IMG/VR virus record: IMGVR_UViG_3300032233_002382
Location: 128,001-192,000 of that record
Strand: one strand, 5' to 3'
Source: a virus
Taxonomy: Duplodnaviria; Caudoviricetes
DNA: 64,000 nucleotides
The notes under the pieces are model-generated. The model saw only the letters and a program-made list of their open reading frames with translations, ran no database searches and was not told the DNA's origin. Shown in pieces: positions 26,219 through 35,606 of the stretch. How positions within the stretch are numbered: the stretch's first letter is position 1; each line of letters opens with the position of its first letter. The position numbers and the translations under genes are program-made.

Positions 26219-26581
26219 TTAGATCTTCTGGATTTCGGATATTCCTAGCGATGATGAAGTCGCGGAGATTCGATCTCCAGCACTCAACGAGGACACCAAA
26301 GGACGAATTTCTGGAGCAACCAGGAATGTAGTTATCCAGACGTAGCCACTTTCTGTCTTGCTTTCATCAGCCTGTATGTGAACCAATTCACCATCACAGA
26401 ACGAACCTTTAAAAATGCCGGTGAATTGAATAGGGTCTCTACCGTTAAGTTTAGACTTCGCGTGTGCTTTGGATATATGATCCCACATTTCTTTATTGGC
26501 TTCTACAGTTTCCTTAATCTGTTTTGCCGCATCAGCTTGCTGGCTTCGACGTTGTGATTCGATCAATTCGGAGATTCGCAT
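26219..26581 (-). CDS. Hypothetical protein
   Basis: GAGG SD. Confidence 0.6.
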   Translation of the reverse strand: MRISELIESQRRSQQADAAKQIKETVEANKEMWDHISKAHAKSKLNGRDPIQFTGIFKGSFCDGELVHIQADESKTESGYVWITTFLVAPEIRPLVSSLSAGDRISATSSSLGISEIQKI

Positions 26582-26593
26582 TTCCAGTTACCT

Positions 26594-28102
26594 CTAGGCT
26601 ATCATGTCTTCTGCAGTAAGAGATATCGCGTTAGCTGTCGAAACGATGCGGTCAGCGTTCATGTCAATCATGCCGGTCTCAATGTGCCTCATGCGTTTGG
26701 TATTCCAAAAGATCTTCCCAAGGAACGGCTCGAATACTGGATTGTCTCGATTTTTTAGGCATCCGATTTTAAACTTCGCATCCCGCCTTAATTGATCATT
26801 CAGATAAGTGTAGGTGATTACATCGGCGTCTTTCTCCAATTGGTTCGCGTAGCTGATAGCGGCACTGTCGTACCGACCGTCCGCTTTGTCGGCTCGTAGC
26901 TTACCTTGACGATTCATGTGGAATAAGCCTAGAACGGGGACCGTGTTACCGCGAGCGAAATTTAAAGCTAAAAACCGACATTCAGTAACGACGCTATTAA
27001 TCATCGTGACGAAATCGTTTGTTCGATGCTTTGGTTTCATATTGCCAATGTTATCGAGTATGATGCCATCGCACCCGTACTTATTATGAAACATCTCCGA
27101 TTTCTTACGTACTTCGTCACATCCCACTTGCATTGGGGGACGCCATACGTACATTTTTCCTTTTGAGTTAGCCTTAAAATCCTGTGCAATGAGCTTGAGT
27201 CTCTTAAGCTCAAGCTCATCTAGCTTACCATCACGAACTCGTCGATAATCAAGACCAACGTAAGGATTAGGTCGACCCGCCTTAACGTCCTCTCGATACC
27301 ACTCTGTTACAAACTTTCCGTGGCTTGAATGAATTACATACAACTGACGACGCAATTGCTTGTATGGCATCTCGAAGATGCCATAGAAGATATTCTTACC
27401 GTAAATATAGGCATTATTATATGCATAATTAAGAGCCAGCGAAGTCTTAAGTTCACCTGGGTAAGCACAATGAACCCAGAACTCACCGGATTTGTGTCCT
27501 TCACAGGCATCATCAATTGGGTCGAGTCCAAAAATGTTACGGCCGGTGTACACATTAGAACGTGTGGATAGTTCATATTCTTCTAGGAATTCATCTGCGT
27601 CTTCTTCGACGAATCCTTCGAGTTTCTCACCAGACTCAAAGTGAGAAAAACCCGACATGCGATCAAACATCCAGCCCATAGCATCAGGAACACCACGAAG
27701 TACCTTTTTCCCATTGATGGGCTTATCGATGTTACGACCGTGCTCTGCGATATTCGCAGCATCACGACAAGCTAAGACGAAAGCTTTCAGCTGTTGTTGT
27801 TCTTGTTCAGATCGTACAATCGATAGAAAGTTCGTTCTAATGTAATGCTGAGCCTTGCTTATTTCTTCAAGTCTATTAACTACTTCAATATCATCCTGCT
27901 TTTCAAAATAGTCTTTGACAATTAAATAGTCAGGTGGTGCAGCCATCTGGCCATAGAAATCGGACAGGTATTTGTGAAGGCGAGCATCTTCCTCGTCAGG
28001 ATATGAAAGATTGTGTTCTTGAAGCTTATGCCAGTTAGCTAAGGCTTCTTCAGCATCAGGAACACTGCCTACGGTAATTACGCTTCTTAAAATACGGTTC
28101 AC
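26594..28102 (-). CDS. dnaB: DnaB-like replicative helicase
   Basis: AYPGELKT (variant Walker A), FEM, IILDN (Walker B), FHMNRQG, LEKDAD, LKNRD. Confidence 0.85.
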   Translation of the reverse strand: MNRILRSVITVGSVPDAEEALANWHKLQEHNLSYPDEEDARLHKYLSDFYGQMAAPPDYLIVKDYFEKQDDIEVVNRLEEISKAQHYIRTNFLSIVRSEQEQQQLKAFVLACRDAANIAEHGRNIDKPINGKKVLRGVPDAMGWMFDRMSGFSHFESGEKLEGFVEEDADEFLEEYELSTRSNVYTGRNIFGLDPIDDACEGHKSGEFWVHCAYPGELKTSLALNYAYNNAYIYGKNIFYGIFEMPYKQLRRQLYVIHSSHGKFVTEWYREDVKAGRPNPYVGLDYRRVRDGKLDELELKRLKLIAQDFKANSKGKMYVWRPPMQVGCDEVRKKSEMFHNKYGCDGIILDNIGNMKPKHRTNDFVTMINSVVTECRFLALNFARGNTVPVLGLFHMNRQGKLRADKADGRYDSAAISYANQLEKDADVITYTYLNDQLRRDAKFKIGCLKNRDNPVFEPFLGKIFWNTKRMRHIETGMIDMNADRIVSTANAISLTAEDMIA

Positions 28103-28971
28103 GACCGATTCCTATTCTTGAACTTGTTCTTAGATGAATTCAGTCCGGAACCATACAACGAAAGGCCACCAGTATCGGCGTCTTCATCGGTTGACGGTTT
28201 GATCCTTACCTTGGTCTTAGGCTTGCTGGCCGTTTTCGATACTTCTGAAGTCTCCAGAACGCCGTCCACTACATCCTCTTGCAAAGGCATCGGTTCAGTT
28301 ATGACGAGGTCATTCTGTGATTGACCAACATTGTTCACAGGTTCCGGCATCAAATTCAGGTCTTCCCCTAAGTTGATGCTGGGCAGAATTCGAGGAATGC
28401 GGACTATAGGGAAATTCGTCTTAATTACGTCTGCTATTGAATCCGAATAGGCATGGCTACCGACCGTAAACGGCCTATCGCAGTCGGAATAAAGCCAGGT
28501 AGGTTTATCTCTGTCGATTCGATAGCAAATAGCTTCTTCAAGGGCTCCAGGAGCAGCTTTATTTTTATATGACAATTCATTAAGTCTTACTATACATAGA
28601 CTCGGAGGTTCCATTAAATCTTCTAGGCTATTGTATATCGATCCTTCTTCGTCGCCTCTTGCGGCTCTTGATTTACTTCCGACATATACATCCCGAATTT
28701 CTCGGTCGCTCGTAATTCGAATAAACATGTTTGGGTTAGAAATCATCGCAGCTTTGACTACAGATTTCATGTCCTGCCAAGCACTGATGACTAGAGCGTG
28801 TTTCTTTAGGGCAGCCATGATCGGAAGCGAAACATGCTCTTTACGAACTTCAGCCCGCCTAATATACGCGGGCATACTAGCAGCCATCCTCCTTACGAAT
28901 GCACAGTGGCACTCGAATGTCTTATTATCTTTCTCTATGACGCCTGTATTACCACAGACTTTGCAATTCAT
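28099..28971 (-). CDS. DnaC/DnaI-like helicase loader, degenerate AAA+ domain
   Basis: N-terminal CKVCGNTG...CHC; LCIVRLNEL in place of Walker B; RIDRDKPTWLYSD resembles R...kPTiiTSN; overlaps the helicase start. Confidence 0.55.
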   Translation of the reverse strand: MNCKVCGNTGVIEKDNKTFECHCAFVRRMAASMPAYIRRAEVRKEHVSLPIMAALKKHALVISAWQDMKSVVKAAMISNPNMFIRITSDREIRDVYVGSKSRAARGDEEGSIYNSLEDLMEPPSLCIVRLNELSYKNKAAPGALEEAICYRIDRDKPTWLYSDCDRPFTVGSHAYSDSIADVIKTNFPIVRIPRILPSINLGEDLNLMPEPVNNVGQSQNDLVITEPMPLQEDVVDGVLETSEVSKTASKPKTKVRIKPSTDEDADTGGLSLYGSGLNSSKNKFKNRNRS

Positions 28972-28979
28972 GGTATACC

Positions 28980-31034
28980 TTAGATATCGCTTAGATCGAT
29001 TTCAACTGTGTCTATCTTCGGCTCGGACGCTTTCACTTCAGCATTCATCTTCGGCTTCACGGGACTGGCTTTCTTAATCGATTTATTTGATTTAAACTTT
29101 GAGTCCTTCTTCTCGTCACTGCGCATGTATGACAGAATATCTTGAACGGCGTCTTTAGACTCAAATGATAAACCACCGACCAAAGAATTTCCGGCTACTT
29201 TATCTGCGAGCTTCTTCTTTTCTCTTAGCGCCTTAAGTACGTGATGATCTATAGTCTTCTCGCCGGAGATTCGGACTCCCAGCATGTGGTGAGCCACGAC
29301 CGTCTTATGAGAAGAGCCGATGCGTATCATTCGGCCTAGAAGCTGGTCATAATCACCATAAGACCAAGGGAGATCGACGAAAACGAAGTGTTCTGCCGCC
29401 TGCAGGTTTAGAGATTCAGAACCGGCCATCGTAATCATTATCACGTTAACGCCGGAGTTCGGATCTTGAAATTTCTCTCTTGCGTTTTGACGCATTTTTG
29501 GATCAGATTCTTTCCCTGTGATTCTAACGTATTTAATGTTTGATTCTTTTAATGATACTTCGATTTGACTAATCATTTTCTCGAATCGAGAGAAAATGAT
29601 CACTTTCTGGTCAAACGCGTCATTCTCAAGAAGGTCGATAAGAGATTCTATTTTAGTGGAACTTCCATCAAACGGCTCACCCTCCTCATTCAATATGAGC
29701 TGCGGTGCATTGACTGCCTGAGCACACATGGTCAGGGAAGCTAGTATCTCCGCACCCGCTCCTTCCTCTGTATCATCCGAACCTCCAACACCAGACTCTG
29801 CCATATCATAAAGATCATCTTGTATTTGGCTAAGTTCACAAGGAATTTCTACCGAAATAAGCTCGGGTAATTCTTTGGCGACTTCGTGCTTTTTTCGAGA
29901 GAGATAATAGGGTTCGATTTTTTCGACGAATTTATCTAGATTCTTATATCCGACCACAATTGGAACTTGTCTACCGCCGCCTACTCTCTGAAGCTTAGTA
30001 ACGCAATATTCGTTCTGAAAGGCTGTGACCTTAGGGAATAAAGACGGATTAACAATTCGGAATATCCCGAAAAATTCCATCAGTTTATTCTTGACGGGCG
30101 TTGCAGTCATCCCCACAATGCGATCACATTGTAGAGAAATCGCCCTGACTTTATCATGTACTTGGCTACGATAATTTTTTACTTTGTGGGCTTCATCCAT
30201 CACCAGCATGAACTTTAAATTAGGATTTTCGGCCTTCAGAGTCGACACGCGTTCAGCGAGGCCTATTGTGGTCATAGGTGGCGAAATTTTATTGGATATG
30301 CTCTCGATTTCTAGTCTCGTCGATTCGAATTTTACTTTAAGCCCGATGGTGCGGTTTAAGATAAGCTGATCATCATCTGACCATCCATACGGGCGCGGGA
30401 GACTTTTGCCATTTAGGCTAGAGAAAACATACTCTGCATCTTCGAATTTTCGAGAATCAGTGATACTTCGTAGAACACTCATACCAGATTCTAATTGCGA
30501 TTTTATATCGTTAAATTCGTCCTTTTTATTCTTGAGTAATTTCTTAAGCTTAGGATCAGGCTTGACGCTACGATCCTTGACGACCGTCGAGTCTAGATCT
30601 CGGAATAGCGTGTCATACGTGATTAGCAGTATTTTCCGATGCGACTCTGAGTCAAAGAATTCTTCATACTGTAGCTGTCGTTCATGGGGCTCGCCATGAA
30701 TAACGACAGGCTGCATGCCAGTCATGAATTTTAAGGTTTCTGACTCCCACTGAAATAGGGCTGATTTCGTGGTTAAAATAATGGGTATATAGTCTGGCTC
30801 TTTCATCCAAACGTAACCAATAGTGCTCAGCACCTGGATAGTCTTTCCAAGACCTGTGCCGTCACCCAGAATAGTCCGTGGCGCTAAAAGAAGATTAGCA
30901 ATACCGCTTTTCTGATAATTCCGGAGAATGATAGGGTCCCCGTTCGCAAACGCTGGTTTTAGGAACGGGGATCCTGGTAAATTTAACTTATCTGATGTGC
31001 GGATATCACGAAGTTTCTGGATGGCGTCAGACAT
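28980..31034 (-). CDS. SNF2-family helicase with a large helical insertion
   Basis: LRNYQ, GDGTGLGKT, DEAH, MTATPVKN, VIIFSRF, ESLNLQAA, QLLGRMIRIG. Confidence 0.92.
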   Translation of the reverse strand: MSDAIQKLRDIRTSDKLNLPGSPFLKPAFANGDPIILRNYQKSGIANLLLAPRTILGDGTGLGKTIQVLSTIGYVWMKEPDYIPIILTTKSALFQWESETLKFMTGMQPVVIHGEPHERQLQYEEFFDSESHRKILLITYDTLFRDLDSTVVKDRSVKPDPKLKKLLKNKKDEFNDIKSQLESGMSVLRSITDSRKFEDAEYVFSSLNGKSLPRPYGWSDDDQLILNRTIGLKVKFESTRLEIESISNKISPPMTTIGLAERVSTLKAENPNLKFMLVMDEAHKVKNYRSQVHDKVRAISLQCDRIVGMTATPVKNKLMEFFGIFRIVNPSLFPKVTAFQNEYCVTKLQRVGGGRQVPIVVGYKNLDKFVEKIEPYYLSRKKHEVAKELPELISVEIPCELSQIQDDLYDMAESGVGGSDDTEEGAGAEILASLTMCAQAVNAPQLILNEEGEPFDGSSTKIESLIDLLENDAFDQKVIIFSRFEKMISQIEVSLKESNIKYVRITGKESDPKMRQNAREKFQDPNSGVNVIMITMAGSESLNLQAAEHFVFVDLPWSYGDYDQLLGRMIRIGSSHKTVVAHHMLGVRISGEKTIDHHVLKALREKKKLADKVAGNSLVGGLSFESKDAVQDILSYMRSDEKKDSKFKSNKSIKKASPVKPKMNAEVKASEPKIDTVEIDLSDI

Positions 31035-31065
31035 GGTAACCTCTGACGATAGCTTACATCAGAAT

Positions 31066-34000
31066 CTAGTTAGGTTTATTGCTTGTGTAAGCAATCGCAT
31101 CATTTCTTAGTGTCTCTTGACCTGAAGTGGTAGTGCCAGCGTAAGCGGTCTCTAGACCTTTCGGCCAAATAGACGTAAGTCCGTTGAAAGCCCCCGAACC
31201 ATTCTTTCCGATGCCGACAATACGAGCAAAAGCGTTTGCACTAGTTTGGCAAGCGTTACCGGTCACGATGGCTCGTGGGGTCGCTGAAGAAGCCGCATTT
31301 GCGTTTGTTAGTAAAATAGCCGGAATACCGATATCATTTACCCTGATATCATTGTTTATGATTCTTACCGCTGAACTCGTTCCATTAACTGCTGGAACGC
31401 ATAAAATTCCAGCAGTCTGAAGAAACGTGGTCATCGGGGTCGGTCCGGAGTATAGATTTCCATTCAGGTAAATTCGATTGTTACTTACTGTGATAAAGCC
31501 GATATTAGTGGTGTTAGTAGTCCAATCGATTCGTATACCCTGACAAACTACAGTGTTCGAGTAAGGAGCCGCGTAAATGGTGTTACCGTCTAAAATAATT
31601 GTCCCTGTCGGGCATTTATCGATCCGAATACCTACATCACCCGAATAATAGTTCGCCGTACTGGTACCTCCAAAGAATTCACAGTTCCGCACGATCACAT
31701 TACTTAGGGCATTCGGCTTTTCTGTCGTGGATGTCAGTAACATTAACGTGCCGGGACCTATCGCGCTGTTCATAATGAAATTGTTAACCGTGCACTTTTC
31801 GTAAAGAACATTGGCCGCGACATTCTTAACGAAGGCTACATTACAAAATTGAGATGAAGACTGAGAAGATCCTGAGAGTCGTAGATTTCGGATAATTGCC
31901 TGAGGACTCGCGACGCTGTTCGGGGTATTGAAAATCCCAGACGATGATGAAGTTACATATTCTACCCCAACGCGCACCTGAGGAATCCCTAAAGTAGATG
32001 GAACGTCAGATAATACTATGTCACAACCATCGATTTCACATTTGTAACCGACTACTACCACTAAATCTGCACCACCCGCTCCTGGATCAGTTGATCCAGT
32101 AGGCGAAGCTCCATATAAGCCCCTGGTTAAACCGTTTAATATCGTCAGGTCGCGAATGGTGTAGTCGTAAACTCCAAATGCGATGTTGCCATCAGATGAA
32201 ACATCGATCGCAGTCTTTTCTGTGAACCAGCCGGGCATTTTCCCATAAACCGAATTAGCATCCACATCCACGTACTCGATCGTGTTCGACTTTAGTCTTG
32301 CTCTTTTAGCGCCTTGACCAAGAACAAACGGCGAAACTGTAGCCCGTGTTGGTGATGCAGAAGGTAATCTAACCTTAAACAAATTGGTGTCGAGTTCAAA
32401 ACTGCCGATTTCAGCGTAGGCTGTAGACGAAGTTCCAGATGATCGGATATCTGAAGAATGCAAATGTAGAAGGATGTTCGTTTCAGATGCAGAAGTCGCT
32501 CTTATCTGACTGTTCCGAACAGTGAGACAGTTGATTCTTAAAGGTGAGTTCTTAGAAGTGGCATCTGATGGGTCGAGACTTATCAATCCCGTATTGAAAT
32601 TCGCGTATGGTCCCTTCGAATCTCCTGAGAAAATATAATCTATGTTCGCAGAGTACCCGAGTTCAAATTCGCATAGATTAAATTCGACAGAACCAAATGT
32701 CTCGTCTCCATTTCCCACGATAGAGATACACTTAATGTTATTTGAGTAATTGCTGTTAAAGTGACAATTTTCAAACGAGATCGGCGCAGCCCAAGAGCCT
32801 GCACTGTCGCTCATCCCACCGTTATAACTTAATTGTACTATAGAGTCCCAATTTTCGACCGCATTGTAACTTATTTGGCAATTTATGAATTTCGCACCGA
32901 GATTTTGCGTCGAGGTCTCATATCGGAGACCGTTTACCCTGCAATTTTCTAGCGTAACATTGCCAGATACGGACAGTCCCGCTTCAAAAGATAGTCCGCT
33001 TATGTAGACTCCATCAGGCTGCGAGCTTATGGAAACGTGGGTCGTAATTACCGAACCGTCTCCACTGAGCCGCATGAGCGGATCTGTGAAGTCAACGCCC
33101 TCGTAGGTTCCAGATTTTAGGTGGATTGAGAACGGGGTGAATAGAGTTCGTTGATTTACAAGCTGGGCTAAGGAATTAGATCCGTTATAATCGCCGAAAG
33201 TGCTAACTCCATTACCACAGAATATAACATTGCGAGCATTCAACGAACGCAGTATAGAATATCTATCCGAAGTAGGCGTCACGGCCGCATTGGCCTCTTG
33301 GTCGCCGACTCGGAGGAGTGCGTCTCCACTAGTTTCTGAATTACTAGAAAGAGGATAAAAGAGAGGAGTCGAAACTGCGTTCTTGATGTTAAAATCTGAA
33401 AAATTTAACGGTCCATCGGCAGTTGTGAGCACAGACTCACCGGCTAAAGTGAGGCTGTTGATTAGAGGTCCGTAGGCAGTCTCACTTGCCGAAAAACTAA
33501 AAGTTGGATCCCAGCTTTGAACTGACCACTGATCTGCGGGCGTAGGCTTAAAAAATAGCTTGAACGAAGTAGGAAACAATGAAGCGGAAGAAGAAGATAC
33601 GGAACTTACATCTGACTGCCAGTATGCATCGATATCAAAGAACCCTTTTAAGTTATAAGTAAAAGCAACACCATTCTGAGATCCAGAAGCATTTGATGTT
33701 GTAGAAAACCGAACTCCGACATTATCATTTACATTGATAGATTCGATTATCGGGTCAGCAAAATATTTAACTGGAGTAGCTATCTTAGGGACGGCTGAGA
33801 AGACCGAAGGAGAAGAAGTGGTGTACTTCGGAAAGCTTACCGATCCGATTGTGCTGTATCGCTGATTAAAAGGAATGTCATCATTCTGTATACGACCAAT
33901 TTCTGATTTTATGATGTATGAGCCGTATCCGAGATAACCAGGCTGATTTGTTATACCAAACCGCTTTTCGGTTGCTTGAGTGTCTGCTAAACGCTCATTA

Positions 34001-35565
34001 GTATCTTGATTATCAGGCACATCACCTACTTCTTCAAGTTCCCCTAGCAGTATCGAAATATAACCTTCTCCCACAAAGCTGTTAAACAACGAGTCGTTTT
34101 CGGGAATGCTAGGAAACCTTGAAGGATGTTCCTTTAAATAAGATGGGACAAAACCGTTTGAATCAAGGAGTGTGCTTAAACCGAATTTCGAAAGCACAGT
34201 GGGACTGGCAAAAAAGTTAAATGAGCACTCGGCAAACGGCACGTCGAACACTAGTTCTGATCCAGATACCGACACGATGTCGTACGATTTATAAATTCCT
34301 TCGGAGAAACCGAGTATTCTCCTAACCTCATCAGTCGCAGCGATAGATATTTGAGAGTCGACACCTTCAATTTCGCTTTCGAGGAAAATTCCTTCGTCAT
34401 CGATCAAAGTGGCTACGGCACCTCCACCATTCGCCATGATCGCATCATTCAGAGAATTCACTAATTGGAGAGGAGTCTTTACATCGGAACTAATTACCCA
34501 GTCGAAGGAAGCATTGCCGTTTAACGACAAATTAACCGACTCATATAAGTAGTATAAACCGCTAGTCCTTAAAAATATGGAAGCTTTCCTGTTACCAGTT
34601 TGTGAGTGCCATGCCGAATTTATAATATTAGCGATCTCACTTAGACTGGCAGGTGTTGAAGCAAAAACCACGTCAAACGATGTGTTATTTTGAGACGAGG
34701 TTTCGGTGACAGAAACCGTCAGAGCGTCGCCGCTCGATAAAGTAGGGAAATTGCTAAGAGTCGTAACGACAGGGCCTGCACGAAACGCCTTGGTGAAAAG
34801 GCTTAAGCGCAAGGTATCATCATTCACAAAGCTGGTGCGCCCAATTAACGGTGCACCAGTGTTTACTGCGGCCCCATATTGAGATTTTGGTCCTATTTCA
34901 AAGGCATCTAACGGGTATCGGTAGTACACCTGTTGGTTCGCTAGAAGCTCATATCCATCCGATTTGGTAAAGAAGGTATACCCTCCCTTCCCGTCCTCAG
35001 ATGTAGTCACGATTCCGCGTGTAATGTCCAAACCGCTTGAAACATACGGGGCGAGACCAGAAAACCCGAGAGCTGACAAGGCCGCTGCTGTTCCATTAAG
35101 GCTTATACGAGCATTAGAGCCGGTAAGGGGACTGTTTGAAGCCACGGATTTTAACGTAAGTGAACCATCTTCACTTCGGCTTGCTACTTTCTGATTTGTA
35201 TGAATCGCAAACGCATCATTTATGAGCTTGGACAGATATGAAGCCGAAATTCGACTTCCATATGAGTTAAAACCGGAGTCGATCTTAACTGCTACAGGTT
35301 GCGACTGGTTTAACCCAGGGATTGTGATATACAGATAACTATTTAACGGTATAGTGAAAGGTTCAATACTTGGAGTTGTAAGTACCGCAGGTAGAGCAGA
35401 CTCAATTCCGCCAAAGATACCGGTAACGGAACTTGCGGTAACATATGTTAAGTCCGGACCGGCGAAATCAAGCAATGACGAACCAGCAACCGGCACTGAC
35501 TTCAACGGTATTGAAGTGTACCTGGTTTGCGGATCGTTTAGTTGTGCTGCGCGCGGTCTAGTCAT
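31066..35565 (-). CDS. Giant tail fibre/spike protein A with pectin-lyase-like beta-helix C-terminal half
   Basis: Repeating IRNCEF/ITVSNNRI/IINNDI beta-helix turns; paralog of the next gene. Confidence 0.7.
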   Translation of the reverse strand: MTRPRAAQLNDPQTRYTSIPLKSVPVAGSSLLDFAGPDLTYVTASSVTGIFGGIESALPAVLTTPSIEPFTIPLNSYLYITIPGLNQSQPVAVKIDSGFNSYGSRISASYLSKLINDAFAIHTNQKVASRSEDGSLTLKSVASNSPLTGSNARISLNGTAAALSALGFSGLAPYVSSGLDITRGIVTTSEDGKGGYTFFTKSDGYELLANQQVYYRYPLDAFEIGPKSQYGAAVNTGAPLIGRTSFVNDDTLRLSLFTKAFRAGPVVTTLSNFPTLSSGDALTVSVTETSSQNNTSFDVVFASTPASLSEIANIINSAWHSQTGNRKASIFLRTSGLYYLYESVNLSLNGNASFDWVISSDVKTPLQLVNSLNDAIMANGGGAVATLIDDEGIFLESEIEGVDSQISIAATDEVRRILGFSEGIYKSYDIVSVSGSELVFDVPFAECSFNFFASPTVLSKFGLSTLLDSNGFVPSYLKEHPSRFPSIPENDSLFNSFVGEGYISILLGELEEVGDVPDNQDTNERLADTQATEKRFGITNQPGYLGYGSYIIKSEIGRIQNDDIPFNQRYSTIGSVSFPKYTTSSPSVFSAVPKIATPVKYFADPIIESINVNDNVGVRFSTTSNASGSQNGVAFTYNLKGFFDIDAYWQSDVSSVSSSSASLFPTSFKLFFKPTPADQWSVQSWDPTFSFSASETAYGPLINSLTLAGESVLTTADGPLNFSDFNIKNAVSTPLFYPLSSNSETSGDALLRVGDQEANAAVTPTSDRYSILRSLNARNVIFCGNGVSTFGDYNGSNSLAQLVNQRTLFTPFSIHLKSGTYEGVDFTDPLMRLSGDGSVITTHVSISSQPDGVYISGLSFEAGLSVSGNVTLENCRVNGLRYETSTQNLGAKFINCQISYNAVENWDSIVQLSYNGGMSDSAGSWAAPISFENCHFNSNYSNNIKCISIVGNGDETFGSVEFNLCEFELGYSANIDYIFSGDSKGPYANFNTGLISLDPSDATSKNSPLRINCLTVRNSQIRATSASETNILLHLHSSDIRSSGTSSTAYAEIGSFELDTNLFKVRLPSASPTRATVSPFVLGQGAKRARLKSNTIEYVDVDANSVYGKMPGWFTEKTAIDVSSDGNIAFGVYDYTIRDLTILNGLTRGLYGASPTGSTDPGAGGADLVVVVGYKCEIDGCDIVLSDVPSTLGIPQVRVGVEYVTSSSSGIFNTPNSVASPQAIIRNLRLSGSSQSSSQFCNVAFVKNVAANVLYEKCTVNNFIMNSAIGPGTLMLLTSTTEKPNALSNVIVRNCEFFGGTSTANYYSGDVGIRIDKCPTGTIILDGNTIYAAPYSNTVVCQGIRIDWTTNTTNIGFITVSNNRIYLNGNLYSGPTPMTTFLQTAGILCVPAVNGTSSAVRIINNDIRVNDIGIPAILLTNANAASSATPRAIVTGNACQTSANAFARIVGIGKNGSGAFNGLTSIWPKGLETAYAGTTTSGQETLRNDAIAYTSNKPN

Positions 35566-35606
35566 GGTGACACCTCACTGATGTCACATTACTAGAAGGC
35601 CAGTAT

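Noticed and set aside
30200-30610. Intein in the SNF2 helicase or PolA
   Set aside because: No Cys/Ser start with a His-Asn end and no LAGLIDADG blocks
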